Shown here one piece after another: positions 39,698 to 49,204 of a stretch of DNA of 64,000 nucleotides. The notes below the pieces were generated by a model. That model was not told where the DNA came from. It saw only the letters and a list, made by a program, of their open reading frames with translations, and ran no database searches. The translations under genes were made by a program, and so were the position numbers. Origin of the DNA: an uncultured Verrucomicrobiota bacterium. Lineage in GTDB: Bacteria > Verrucomicrobiota > Verrucomicrobiia > Limisphaerales > UBA9464. The DNA lies in the NCBI GenBank assembly GCA_903910585.1, contig CAIWAH010000379.1, positions 3,161-67,160 on the forward strand, in the 5' to 3' direction. Numbering within the stretch: the stretch's first letter is position 1; the number at the start of each line of letters is the position of its first letter.

Positions 39698-42600
39698 ATG
39701 TTTCGCCCGTTGCTGTTTCTCCTGCTTGCGCTCGGATGGGTCCGGTCGGTGCCGGTTCGGGCCGCCCTGCCGACCGAAGGCAACTTCGCGCGCACCAACC
39801 TCGTCGCGTGGTGCATCGTGCCGTTCGACTCGCAGAAGCGCGGCCCCGAGGAACGCGCCGCCATGCTCGACCGCCTCGGCGTGAAGCGCCTCGCCTACGA
39901 CTGGCGCGCGGAGCACATCCCGACCTTTGACGCGGAAGTGGCGGCGATGCGGCGGCACGGCATCGAGATCACCGCGTGGTGGTTCCCCGCCGCCTTGAGC
40001 GACGAAGCGAAGGCCATCCTCGCCTGCCTCGAACGGAACCGGATTCACCCGCAGCTTTGGGTCACGATGGGCACCGAGCCCGAGCCCGACGCCGCCAAAC
40101 TGGCCGCGAAGCGCGACGGCGCCGTCCAGACGCTCGCACCGATCTGCGCCGCGGCCGCCAAGCTGGGCTGCACCGTGGCGCTCTACAATCACCTCGGCTG
40201 GTTCGGCGAGCCGGCGAACCAGGTCGCCATCATCAAAAAGCTCCAAGCCGTCGGGCACACCAACGTGGGCATCGTATACAACTTCCACCACGCCCACAGC
40301 CACTTGGACGACTTCGCAGAGCAGCTTCGCCTGATGCAGCCGCACCTGCTCGCCCTGAACCTCAACGGCATGGTCTGGGAGGGCGACAAGGCCGGGAAAA
40401 AGATCATCCCACTCGGCACCGGCGACGAAGAGCTGCGCCTGCTCCAGATCGTGAACGCCAGTGGCTGGCACGGTCCGGTCGGCATCATCGGCCACACCGA
40501 GGAGGATGCCGAGGTGAAGCTGAAGAAGGAACTGGCTGGCTTGGAGAAACTCGCGCCACTGGTGACGCAGGCGCCCCCACCGGTGCCAGCACGCAAGAAG
40601 TCCGTGGCCAGTGTAGGGCAGGCTGCCAGCCTGCCCGCGATGGGTCCTGCCGTCGTGCCCGGAAAGTCCGGCCCTGCGCTCGATGCCCGCGTGCAGGGCT
40701 TGGTGCTGGACGGCAAACCGTGGTTCCGGAAGCCGCCGCTGCGCGTGGCCGCCCGCGTGCGGCTGGGGAGCAAGTCGCAGTTCAACATCATCGCCGCGAG
40801 CGAGGCCAAGTCCTCGCCCACGCACTGGGAGCTCTACACCTACGCCGGCACCGGCGAACTGAGCCTTTTCCTGTCCGGCGCGACGCCCGCCGAGTTGCGC
40901 TCGGGCAAGGACATCTGCGATGGCCAGTGGCATTCGGTCGTCCTGCATTACTCCACGGAAGCCGTCCGGCTGTCGGTGGATGGACGCGAAATCGTCCGGG
41001 GGGCCATCCAGCGGAGCGCCGTCCCCGACGGCAGTGCGGCGCAGATCGCGGTCGGGCGGTTGGTCGAAGGCGGTCTCGGCTGCGACGGCCTGATCGAGGA
41101 TCTCGTGCTGAATGACCAGTCCAGCGGCAAGGGCGAGACGCTCTCGTTGACTCCGTGGCGGCGACCCGACGGTGTCATCGCCGACTTGGCCGCGCTCCCG
41201 GCGGTCACCACCCCCGCGGTCGGCGGCAACCAACCGTTGGTGAAGGCCAAGCCGAAGGCCGCCGCCGGCGAGCCTGCGATCTCCGGCCGTGAACCCGGCT
41301 CGCAAGGCGAGAAGGACTGGGTGGACAACCGCTGGCAGGACACGGACGTGGGACCGTTCCTCGCCTCGAACCTGCGCCTGCCCGACGGCTCGGTGATCGC
41401 CAAGGCGCTGACGATCCGCGTCGGCGAGAAAGGAGAAGGCGCGGTCGTTTACGACACCGAAACCTGCACGCTGCGCGCCGCGTGGACAGGCGGGTTCCTG
41501 AAGTTCGATGCGGGGCGTTTCGGGTTGATTGGGATGCCGCGTGCAACGGGAACCAACATCATCATGACCTCGCCGACACCTGGTTGGAAAGGCGGCAAGG
41601 TGCAGTTCTTGGGACTGAGAAATGATACTCCTGTCCAGTTGATCTATCGGGTCGGCGAAACAGTTGTTCGAGAAACCGTAATTGGGTTCGCCGGGACAAA
41701 CCACTTTACGATTGCCCGCACACTGGATGTCCCGACCGAGACGAAGGCGCTGAGTCTGTCGTTACTCGACGGCCCTGCCATGGTGACGACGCTTGGCGAC
41801 GCGGGATACGGCTGGTTGTCGGCCCAACAAACTGCGACTGGGTCGGTTAATGTCATATCGGACATTGCGCCGCTAACTACCAACAGCACTGGTGGCTTAA
41901 GTTGCCAGTTCAAGGCTGACCGCCTCCACACCCAAACCAACTTTCTCCAACTGATCACTTATCGTCCCGAAGTCTTGGCATCGAATTGGCGTGATCGTCA
42001 GAAATTGTCGGACTCAGTCTGGGCGGAGTTCTTGCGAGGCCAAGTCGAGGGCGACTTTCCGAAGTTGGGTAAGTTTCAGAGCGGAAAGTCTGGTGTCTCG
42101 ATTGCTTCCCGCTGGCCCACCCTCACCACCCGCGGCCAGCGCGGAGCCGACACCGAATTCCTCGCGGTGGACACGCTCACGCTGCCTTACGACAACCCAG
42201 CCAAGGCGCTCCTGTTCGTCTCGGGCATCGACTTCACGCCGGACGGCGCGGGCTACGTCTGCACGATCCACGGCGACGTGTGGCGCGTGACGGGCATTGA
42301 CGATGGGCTGCTCGAGTTGAAGTGGCAGCGCTACGCCACGGGCCTGTTCCAACCGCTCGGCCTCAAGGTGCGCGATGGCAAGGTCTTCGTGCTCGGCCGC
42401 GACCGCATCACGCGCCTGCACGACGAGAACGGCGATGGCGAGGCCGACTTCTACGAGAACTTCCACGATGGCATCGCCACCTCGACCGGCGGGCACGATT
42501 ACGTGACCTGCCTGGAGACGGATGCCGCGGGCAACTTCTACTACACCGACCCGTTGGGACTGCGCCGCGTGGCCGCCGACGGCAGCCGCCAGGAGCTTTT

Positions 42601-43525
42601 GGCGACGGGCTTCCGCAACCCGAACGGAATGGGCGTGCGGCCTGATGGCAAGGTCTTCACCGCCGCGCCACAGCAGGGCACCTGGACGCCGTCGTCGGGT
42701 ATCTGGGAGGTGCGGCCGGACACCGTGGGGCTCTACGGCGGCTACGGCGGGCCGAAGGTCACCCCGGCACGTCCGCTCGGCTACGACGCGCCGCTCTGCT
42801 GGATTCCCCACGCGGTGGACAATTCGAGCGGTTCGCAGGTGTGGATTCCACCCGGGCAATGGGGTCCGCTGGGCGGCCAGATGCTGCACCTGCTCTGGGG
42901 GCGTTGCGGGATGATGCTCGTGATGCGGGATGAGGTGGGCGGCTCTGCGGGCGGGGGCGCCCGCAGCACGATCACCGGCGAGGGCGCCGGTGCCACTACG
43001 GTGGTGAACGGCGCCGTCGTGCCGCTGCCGGTGAAGTTCCTCAGCGGGCCGAACCGTGCGACCTTCAACCCCAGGGACGGCGCGCTCTACGTGGCCGGCA
43101 GCACCGGTTGGCAGACCAGCGCGGTGAAGGACGGTGCGCTCCAGCGGGTCCGTTACACCAACCGCACCCCCAGCCTGCCCGTGCGCTGGGCCGTGAAGCC
43201 CGGCGGCCTGGAGGTCACCTTCACGCGGCGCGTTGATCCCAAAACCGGCAACGACCCCGGCAGCTACAGCTTCAAGCAGTGGAACTACCGCTACGCCGAA
43301 CAATACGGCTCCAAAGACTGGTCGGTGGCCGATCCGCAAAAGGAAGGGCGCGACGAACTGGTCATCCGGTCCGCCAAGGTGGACGGAGGCGGACGGACCG
43401 TGTTCCTCGAAATCCCCGAGCTGAAGCCCGTGATGCAGTTCGAGCTGAAATACAACGTGGACGGCGAAATGGGCGGCAAACCCCTGCGAGGCTCATTCTG
43501 GGGCTCGATCAATCGGATTCCGTAA
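39698..43525 (+). CDS. Large secreted multidomain protein (TIM barrel, LamG-like, DUF6797-like region, beta-propeller)
   Basis: Signal peptide; YNHLGW and YNFHH (isomerase-like TIM barrel); DGQWHSV...LSVDG (LamG); DENGDGEADFY and GFRNPNG (propeller). Confidence 0.75.
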   Translation: MFRPLLFLLLALGWVRSVPVRAALPTEGNFARTNLVAWCIVPFDSQKRGPEERAAMLDRLGVKRLAYDWRAEHIPTFDAEVAAMRRHGIEITAWWFPAALSDEAKAILACLERNRIHPQLWVTMGTEPEPDAAKLAAKRDGAVQTLAPICAAAAKLGCTVALYNHLGWFGEPANQVAIIKKLQAVGHTNVGIVYNFHHAHSHLDDFAEQLRLMQPHLLALNLNGMVWEGDKAGKKIIPLGTGDEELRLLQIVNASGWHGPVGIIGHTEEDAEVKLKKELAGLEKLAPLVTQAPPPVPARKKSVASVGQAASLPAMGPAVVPGKSGPALDARVQGLVLDGKPWFRKPPLRVAARVRLGSKSQFNIIAASEAKSSPTHWELYTYAGTGELSLFLSGATPAELRSGKDICDGQWHSVVLHYSTEAVRLSVDGREIVRGAIQRSAVPDGSAAQIAVGRLVEGGLGCDGLIEDLVLNDQSSGKGETLSLTPWRRPDGVIADLAALPAVTTPAVGGNQPLVKAKPKAAAGEPAISGREPGSQGEKDWVDNRWQDTDVGPFLASNLRLPDGSVIAKALTIRVGEKGEGAVVYDTETCTLRAAWTGGFLKFDAGRFGLIGMPRATGTNIIMTSPTPGWKGGKVQFLGLRNDTPVQLIYRVGETVVRETVIGFAGTNHFTIARTLDVPTETKALSLSLLDGPAMVTTLGDAGYGWLSAQQTATGSVNVISDIAPLTTNSTGGLSCQFKADRLHTQTNFLQLITYRPEVLASNWRDRQKLSDSVWAEFLRGQVEGDFPKLGKFQSGKSGVSIASRWPTLTTRGQRGADTEFLAVDTLTLPYDNPAKALLFVSGIDFTPDGAGYVCTIHGDVWRVTGIDDGLLELKWQRYATGLFQPLGLKVRDGKVFVLGRDRITRLHDENGDGEADFYENFHDGIATSTGGHDYVTCLETDAAGNFYYTDPLGLRRVAADGSRQELLATGFRNPNGMGVRPDGKVFTAAPQQGTWTPSSGIWEVRPDTVGLYGGYGGPKVTPARPLGYDAPLCWIPHAVDNSSGSQVWIPPGQWGPLGGQMLHLLWGRCGMMLVMRDEVGGSAGGGARSTITGEGAGATTVVNGAVVPLPVKFLSGPNRATFNPRDGALYVAGSTGWQTSAVKDGALQRVRYTNRTPSLPVRWAVKPGGLEVTFTRRVDPKTGNDPGSYSFKQWNYRYAEQYGSKDWSVADPQKEGRDELVIRSAKVDGGGRTVFLEIPELKPVMQFELKYNVDGEMGGKPLRGSFWGSINRIP
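40613..40638 (+). repeat. Family-3 GTAG REP in frame in an interdomain linker
   Basis: GTAGGGCAGGCTGCCAGCCTGCCCGC is identical to the reverse complement of 30900-30925. Confidence 0.88.
42945..42996. repeat. Tandem REP-like hairpins in frame in the propeller region
   Basis: Perfect stems CTGCGGGCG-GGGG-CGCCCGCAG (42945-42966) and CACCGGCG-AGGG-CGCCGGTG (42973-42992), each followed by a CAC-containing tail. Confidence 0.7.
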
Positions 43526-44396
43526 CGGTTGCCTGCCAATCAGCCTGCCGTGAACTGACAGACTGTCGCGTCCTGATTCCCCAGAACGTCGCGAATACGC
43601 TGGCGGTCAGCAGAGTAACCGTCGGCAGCATCGGTCCGCGCATTCCGGCGATCGCCTGACGCGCCAACAGCCAACCCAGCAGGCAAACCCACACGGCCAA
43701 GGGGTGCAGGTCCAACGGCTGGCGCACCGGCTTCTTGTTCAGCAACCAGGGAGTGACGAAGGCCAGTTGCAGCAGGGCGGCGACCGCGATGGCGGGCTGA
43801 GCGAGGAGGGGCATTCCGTGCCAGTTGAGCGCGGTGGCAGGAACATGGAATTCCCACCAATTGCCCGCGGCGGCGACCGGAACCACGGCCAGCCACGCCG
43901 ATGAAATCAATGCGCCGGCGACTCCCAGAACCCACAGCCCATAGAATCGGGTCTGGCGAAACGGTTTCAGCATCAGTCTCGCGAGCCCGCGGGCTGAAAG
44001 TGTGAGCGCGGCCCAAATGAAGGGCGCGAACCACGGCATCCCGAAACATCCGCCACCTGCAGTTGCCCGTCGCAGCCCGAAGGGCACCCCGGTCTGTGCG
44101 GTCAACAGCTCCAAGGCGGTGGACGCGAGCAGCAGTCCGAAGCTGGCGAATACGATGTTCTGCAAGGGCAACCGCCGCGCCAATCCGACGCCCAAGCTGA
44201 TTACGGCCAATGTCCACGGCGCTCCTTCCAGAGCGACCGAGCAGGAAGGCTCAGGGCCAAGGTTCAGGGCGGCCGAGGACAGGTTGACTGCCACCGCCAG
44301 TAGCAGCAGGCCGAACACCGGGCGGTGCCATTGCGCCGGCCGCGGGTGGTTCCAGCCGTCCGTTTCTCCCGTGTGCATTTCGACCGACACGTCCAA
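43509..44396 (-). CDS. Membrane protein, carotenoid biosynthesis (CruF/DUF422-like) family
   Basis: Multiple TMs and ELLTAQTGVPFG...GMPWFAPFIW pattern. Overlaps the convergent gene by 17 nt; start uncertain. Confidence 0.55.
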   Translation of the reverse strand: MDVSVEMHTGETDGWNHPRPAQWHRPVFGLLLLAVAVNLSSAALNLGPEPSCSVALEGAPWTLAVISLGVGLARRLPLQNIVFASFGLLLASTALELLTAQTGVPFGLRRATAGGGCFGMPWFAPFIWAALTLSARGLARLMLKPFRQTRFYGLWVLGVAGALISSAWLAVVPVAAAGNWWEFHVPATALNWHGMPLLAQPAIAVAALLQLAFVTPWLLNKKPVRQPLDLHPLAVWVCLLGWLLARQAIAGMRGPMLPTVTLLTASVFATFWGIRTRQSVSSRQADWQATVTESD

Positions 44397-44452
44397 AGCC
44401 TATCAAGTGGGTGGTGGAAAGACACGTCTCGACGGCTGCCGCGGGCGCTGAC

Positions 44453-44481
44453 TTGGCGACCGCCTAGCGGAGGTTTATTGT
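44453..44481 (+). promoter_or_regulatory. Sigma70-type promoter for a leaderless transcript
   Basis: TTGGCG-N17-TATTGT-N6-ATG(44488). Confidence 0.6.
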
Positions 44482-44487
44482 TCGGTC

Positions 44488-44763
44488 ATGAAATCCGCCT
44501 ACGAACTCGCCATGGAGCGGCTCAACAAAGTTTCTCCCGGCAAAACGCTCACCGCTGCCCAGAAAGAGCAGATTGCCGAACTGGAGTCGCTCTACAAATC
44601 CCGCATTGCTCAGGCGGAACTGGCTGCGGAGGAGGAGATTGCTGCGGCTGAACGCAACAGAGATCAAGAGACTGCCGATAAAGTTCGTGCCCGGCTGAAA
44701 GTCGAACGAGCAAAATTGCAGGCGGAGCTGGAGGAGCGAAAAAGCACTACTCGCGAACGCTGA
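44488..44763 (+). CDS. Small coiled-coil hypothetical protein
   Basis: MKSAYELAMERL start, charged helical sequence, clear upstream promoter. Confidence 0.75.
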   Translation: MKSAYELAMERLNKVSPGKTLTAAQKEQIAELESLYKSRIAQAELAAEEEIAAAERNRDQETADKVRARLKVERAKLQAELEERKSTTRER

Positions 44764-44960
44764 GCGCAGGCCAATCGTGAGGATAGCGATCCCACCCAAA
44801 GCCAATGGCGATTGGTTGTGGAGAATTATGGCAGCGGCGCTATGGGGTTGAGTTTCCACAAAAAGGAATACTCGCGATTTCGGAAATAATGCCTTGCGTC
44901 CCCCACTGAGAATTGCCATCACTTCGTAGCCATTTTTGGCTATCCAGGGAGGAAGGTTTA

Positions 44961-45656
44961 ATGAACAAAAAGCTTTTGTTTGGTTTTGGAGCCGCGATTG
45001 CGGCGATTTTGACGGGGAATGCAGCCACCGTGTCTTACACACTGCATGACACCGCTGGCAATCAGGCGCTCGACTGGAACATTACCGGAATCAACATTCC
45101 TCAGTTTAACCCCAGCTTGGGAACGTTGACTGCGATTACCTATCGCGCGGAGGGGACCGTTGCTGGTAATGCGAAAGGCGAAAACACGGGGGGGTCTGCA
45201 GCTACAATTACGTTGAATCTCCAAGCGACGATTTCAACCGCTGGGCCCCTATTTAGCACCTTCTCGACAATCCCCCTCGCCACCCAGAGTTTTTTGGCGA
45301 CCGCGTGGGATGGTCTTACCGATTTCGGCGGGGATTCGGGAAAAACCTACACGGGCTTGACGGGTTCAGACAATGATTCCAGCACCGTGAACAGCAGTAA
45401 CAGTCTTTGGGCGGTTTTCTTGGGATTTTACGTCGGCACAGGAAACGTTCCCCTGACAGCTTCGTTCTCTGCCATCGGAAGTTCGCAGGCCACCGGAAGC
45501 GCGAATGTCGCCACCGAGTTCAACGCTACCGCCGGTGGCAAGCTCTTCATTGATTACACATACAACGAAACTCAAGTTCCCGAGGCTAGCACTTACGCGG
45601 CAGTCGGTTTCTTGGGGCTTGCGGTGTTCGGCGCTTATCGCCGTGCCCGGAAGTAA
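44961..45656 (+). CDS. PEP-CTERM protein with choice-of-anchor E-like domain
   Basis: GGAGG Shine-Dalgarno, signal peptide, IPQFNPSLGTLTAI, and VPEAST-TM-RRARK tail. Confidence 0.85.
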   Translation: MNKKLLFGFGAAIAAILTGNAATVSYTLHDTAGNQALDWNITGINIPQFNPSLGTLTAITYRAEGTVAGNAKGENTGGSAATITLNLQATISTAGPLFSTFSTIPLATQSFLATAWDGLTDFGGDSGKTYTGLTGSDNDSSTVNSSNSLWAVFLGFYVGTGNVPLTASFSAIGSSQATGSANVATEFNATAGGKLFIDYTYNETQVPEASTYAAVGFLGLAVFGAYRRARK

Positions 45657-45678
45657 AGACGTTTGTCTTTCACTGTGT

Positions 45679-45710
45679 TGAAAAGGCCACCCCAGCGGGT
45701 GGCCTTTTCA
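45679..45710. terminator. Bidirectional intrinsic terminator
   Basis: TGAAAAGGCCACCC-CAGC-GGGTGGCCTTTTCA between convergent genes. Confidence 0.85.
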
Positions 45711-45766
45711 GCTTCCGTGGAGCTTCTTGTTGGCCAGTCGCCCGCCCCGGTCGGTCATTTGCCCTC

Positions 45767-47131
45767 TCACCTAAATCCGCCAAAGCCGCCCATCCCCGGC
45801 ATCATCGGTAGTTTCCCGCCGAATTTGCCCATCATCTTCTGGAGTTTGCCGAGCTTCCGCATCATCTGCTGCATGTCCTCGAAGCGCTTGATGAGGTTGT
45901 TCACGTCGCTGACCTGCACGCCGCTACCCTTGGCAATCCTTTGACGGCGGCGCGCGTTGAGGATGTTCGGTGACCGCCGTTCCGTCGGGGTCATTCCGCG
46001 GAGGATGGCTTCCATCCGGCGGAATTCCGCTTCGCTTTTCGAGAGGTCCGCGCCCTTGATCATGTCGGCCCCGCCCGGGAGCAGTCCGACCAGGTTTTCC
46101 AGCGGGCCCATCTTTTTCATCTCGCCGAGCTGGATCATGAAATCTTCGAGCGTGAACTGGCCGCGGCGCATCTTCTCCTCCAGCGCCATGGCCTTTTCCT
46201 GATCGATCGCTTCGGCCGCCTTTTCGACGAGCGAAACCACATCGCCCATGCCGAGGATGCGCTGGGCCATGCGTTCCGGGTGGAACGACTCGAAGTCCTC
46301 CGGCTTTTCACCCACGCCCATGAATTTGATGGGCTTGCCGACGACACTCTTGAAGCTCAGGGCCGCACCGCCGCGGGCATCGCCGTCCAGTTTGGTGAGG
46401 ATCGCGCCGGTGACGCCCAGTGCTTTGTCGAAATGGGTGGCGACGTTGACGGCCTCCTGGCCGGTCGCAGAATCGAGCACAAGGAGGATTTCGCTGGGGC
46501 GGATCCGGTCGCGCAGGCGAACCAGCTCCTGCACGAGGGGCTCATCAATCTGGAGCCGGCCCGCAGTGTCGAAAATCAACACGTTGCGGGCGTTACGTTT
46601 GGCGTAATCGAACGCCTCGTCGGCGATCTTCAGGACATCGGTCTCGCCCTTCTTCAGAAAGACGGGGATTTCGAGCTTCTCGCCGAGCGTGGCCAACTGG
46701 TCCATCGCGGCCGGGCGGTAAACGTCGGCGGCCACCAGCAGCACCTGCTGTCCCCGTTTGGCCAGCAAACGCGCCAGCTTCGCCGAGCTGGTGGTCTTGC
46801 CGGAACCGTGCAGACCGCACATGAGGATGCACTGCGGGCTGCCGCTGAGCTGGAGTTCGGCATTGGTGGAACCGAGCAGGGTGACCAGTTCATCATGGAT
46901 GATCTTGATCATCTGCTGGCCCGGCTGGACCGATTGGATGACCTCGGCGCCGATGGCCTTTTGGCGGACCGCCTCGATGAAATTCTTCGCGACCTGGAAG
47001 TTGACGTCGGCGTCCAGCAGCGCCATGCGCACATCGCGCAATGCGTCGGCCACGTTGTTTTCGCTGATGCGACCTTGGCCGGTCAGGTTGCGGAAGACGT
47101 TCTGCAACTTGCTGCTGAGGGAATCGAACAT
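45767..47131 (-). CDS. ffh: Signal recognition particle protein
   Basis: GLHGSGKTT, DTAGR, TKLDGDARGG and Met-rich M domain with RRQRIAKGSG. Confidence 0.98.
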   Translation of the reverse strand: MFDSLSSKLQNVFRNLTGQGRISENNVADALRDVRMALLDADVNFQVAKNFIEAVRQKAIGAEVIQSVQPGQQMIKIIHDELVTLLGSTNAELQLSGSPQCILMCGLHGSGKTTSSAKLARLLAKRGQQVLLVAADVYRPAAMDQLATLGEKLEIPVFLKKGETDVLKIADEAFDYAKRNARNVLIFDTAGRLQIDEPLVQELVRLRDRIRPSEILLVLDSATGQEAVNVATHFDKALGVTGAILTKLDGDARGGAALSFKSVVGKPIKFMGVGEKPEDFESFHPERMAQRILGMGDVVSLVEKAAEAIDQEKAMALEEKMRRGQFTLEDFMIQLGEMKKMGPLENLVGLLPGGADMIKGADLSKSEAEFRRMEAILRGMTPTERRSPNILNARRRQRIAKGSGVQVSDVNNLIKRFEDMQQMMRKLGKLQKMMGKFGGKLPMMPGMGGFGGFR

Positions 47132-47185
47132 GGCGGCAGGCTAGGAAAAAGAGGGGACGGCGGAAAGCCGAAGTGATGGTCCGGA

Positions 47186-48385
47186 CTAGCGAACGACCTC
47201 GTATGCAAACCCCTTTAGGTATTCGGTTTCCGGAATCGCCGGAATGATCGGGTGATCGGGAGACTGGCTGAAGGTCCGGGTGCGCCGGAGCAGGACGTGG
47301 GCGTCGGTCGCCGCGGCGACGATGATGTCCTCGAACAGGCGTGCGTCCACGTGGTGCGAGCAGCAGAAGGTGGCGAGGATACCCCCGGTCTTGAGCAGCT
47401 TCAGCGCCCGCAGGTGGATTTCCTTGTAGCCGCGGAGGGCGCCCTCCACGGCGGCACGGTTCCGGGTGAACGACGGCGGATCGAGGATGATGACGTCGTA
47501 ACGCGGAATCAGGCGTTCGCTGGGTCCGGTGGCCGTCTTTTCCCGCAGCCAGTCGAACACGTTTGCCGTCTCGTAGGAGAGGCCGGTGGTGACGCCATTC
47601 ACCTTGGCAATCTCCCTCGCGGCATTCACGGCGTCTTCGCTCTGATCCAAGGCCGTGACGTTTTTCGCGCCGGCCTTGGCGCAATGGAGGGCGAACCCGC
47701 CGAGATACGAAAAGCAGTCCAGCACTTCCGTGCCCTTGGTGAGGGTGGCCACGGCGGCGTAGTTGGCCTGCTGGTCCAAATACAGGCCCGTCTTGTGGCC
47801 TCCACCGGCCGGAACGCTGAAAGTCAGGCCGTTCAGACGGACGGTGAAGTGGTCCGGCACCTGGCCGTGAAGCACCTCATTGGATTCGTGCAGACCCTCG
47901 AACTTTCGCGAGGCCATGTCGTTGCGTTCGACGATGGCGGTGGGGTGAAAAAGGTCCTGCAACACCCTGACGATGAGGTGTTTTCGCTTGTCCATCCCGA
48001 GGGAACTGGTCTGGACCACGAGCACATCCTCGTATTTGTCCACGATCAGTCCGGACAGAAAGTCGCTCTCTGCGTTGACCACCCGGAATGAGGTCGCCTC
48101 GGGCAGGTGCCGCCGGCGCAACGCCAGTGCGGCGGCGATCCGCTCGCGGAAAAAGCCCGCGTCAAAGTCGGTGCGCTCCCGATCCAGGATCCGGACCGCG
48201 ATCTTCGACCGGGAATTGTAGAAGCCAACCCCGATGAAGCGCTGCCGATGATCCTTCACCTGCACGACATCGCCGTCGTTGGCGGGGCCGGTCAGGCGGG
48301 CGATGGAATTGGAATAGACCCAAGGATGTCCGGCAACGAGGCGATCGGCTTCTCCGGGTTTCAGCAGGGCAGTGGTCAGACTCAT
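47186..48385 (-). CDS. Class I SAM-dependent rRNA methyltransferase (RlmI-like)
   Basis: GHPWVY PUA-like start, HKTGLYLDQ, LDCFSYLGGF, DPPSF and YLKG motifs. Confidence 0.9.
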   Translation of the reverse strand: MSLTTALLKPGEADRLVAGHPWVYSNSIARLTGPANDGDVVQVKDHRQRFIGVGFYNSRSKIAVRILDRERTDFDAGFFRERIAAALALRRRHLPEATSFRVVNAESDFLSGLIVDKYEDVLVVQTSSLGMDKRKHLIVRVLQDLFHPTAIVERNDMASRKFEGLHESNEVLHGQVPDHFTVRLNGLTFSVPAGGGHKTGLYLDQQANYAAVATLTKGTEVLDCFSYLGGFALHCAKAGAKNVTALDQSEDAVNAAREIAKVNGVTTGLSYETANVFDWLREKTATGPSERLIPRYDVIILDPPSFTRNRAAVEGALRGYKEIHLRALKLLKTGGILATFCCSHHVDARLFEDIIVAAATDAHVLLRRTRTFSQSPDHPIIPAIPETEYLKGFAYEVVR

Positions 48386-48514
48386 TGCGTGTAAACAGTC
48401 GCCGGCAACGCAGGCGGGCGGCGAATAGGGCAGAACGTCGCGGGGGAGGGAAGCGGATTCTTGTTATCCAAGCCGGCACTTCCCCTGACCCCGGCGACCA
48501 CATACCCTGATGCC

Positions 48515-49204
48515 GTGAAGCACAAAGGCAAAGCGCTGGCCGCCGCCGGCGCGATTCTGGCGAAACTGATGCTCGCGGTGATTTTTCTGGCCGGGCTGGT
48601 CTCGCTGGTTTGGCCGAAGGGCATCGCCGGGCTCCTGCTGGCTGCCATTGTCTGCTTCCTCGGCCTCGGAGTGGCGATGTTCACCCTCTACTTCTTCCGC
48701 GATCCGGATGCCCGGGTGCCGGCGGAACCGGGTGCTGTGGTGGCTCCCGCCCACGGAACCGTGGATGTGATCGACGAGACCGAGGAACCGTCGGTAATGG
48801 GCGGGCGCTGTCGGCGGATCTCCATCTTCCTGAATGTGTTCAACGTGCATGTGCAGCAGGCCCCGGTTTCGGGCGAGGTCACGCTGGTGAAGCACACGCC
48901 AGGCAAGTTCCTCAATGCCCTGAGAACCGACTGCGCCCAGTTCAACGAAAACGTCCTGATCGGGTTCAAAGCCGAAGAAGCCGGCGGCGTCCGCGTCGGA
49001 GTTCGGCTGATCGCCGGCTTGATTGCGCGCCGCATCATCCCTTGGCTGAAACCGGGCGAGTCCGTGGCCAAGGGCGAAAGAATCGCCCTGATCCGGTTCG
49101 GCTCGCGGGCGAACCTCTATTTGCCGATGAACACGGATATTGTCGTGAAACTGGGTGACAAGGTGGTGGGGGGAACGACCGTCATGGCAAGAATACCCGC
49201 ATGA
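48515..49204 (+). CDS. psd: Phosphatidylserine decarboxylase proenzyme
   Basis: FFRDP, SIFLNVFNVH, NEN, AGLIARRI and RFGSR self-cleavage motif. Confidence 0.93.
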   Translation: MKHKGKALAAAGAILAKLMLAVIFLAGLVSLVWPKGIAGLLLAAIVCFLGLGVAMFTLYFFRDPDARVPAEPGAVVAPAHGTVDVIDETEEPSVMGGRCRRISIFLNVFNVHVQQAPVSGEVTLVKHTPGKFLNALRTDCAQFNENVLIGFKAEEAGGVRVGVRLIAGLIARRIIPWLKPGESVAKGERIALIRFGSRANLYLPMNTDIVVKLGDKVVGGTTVMARIPA

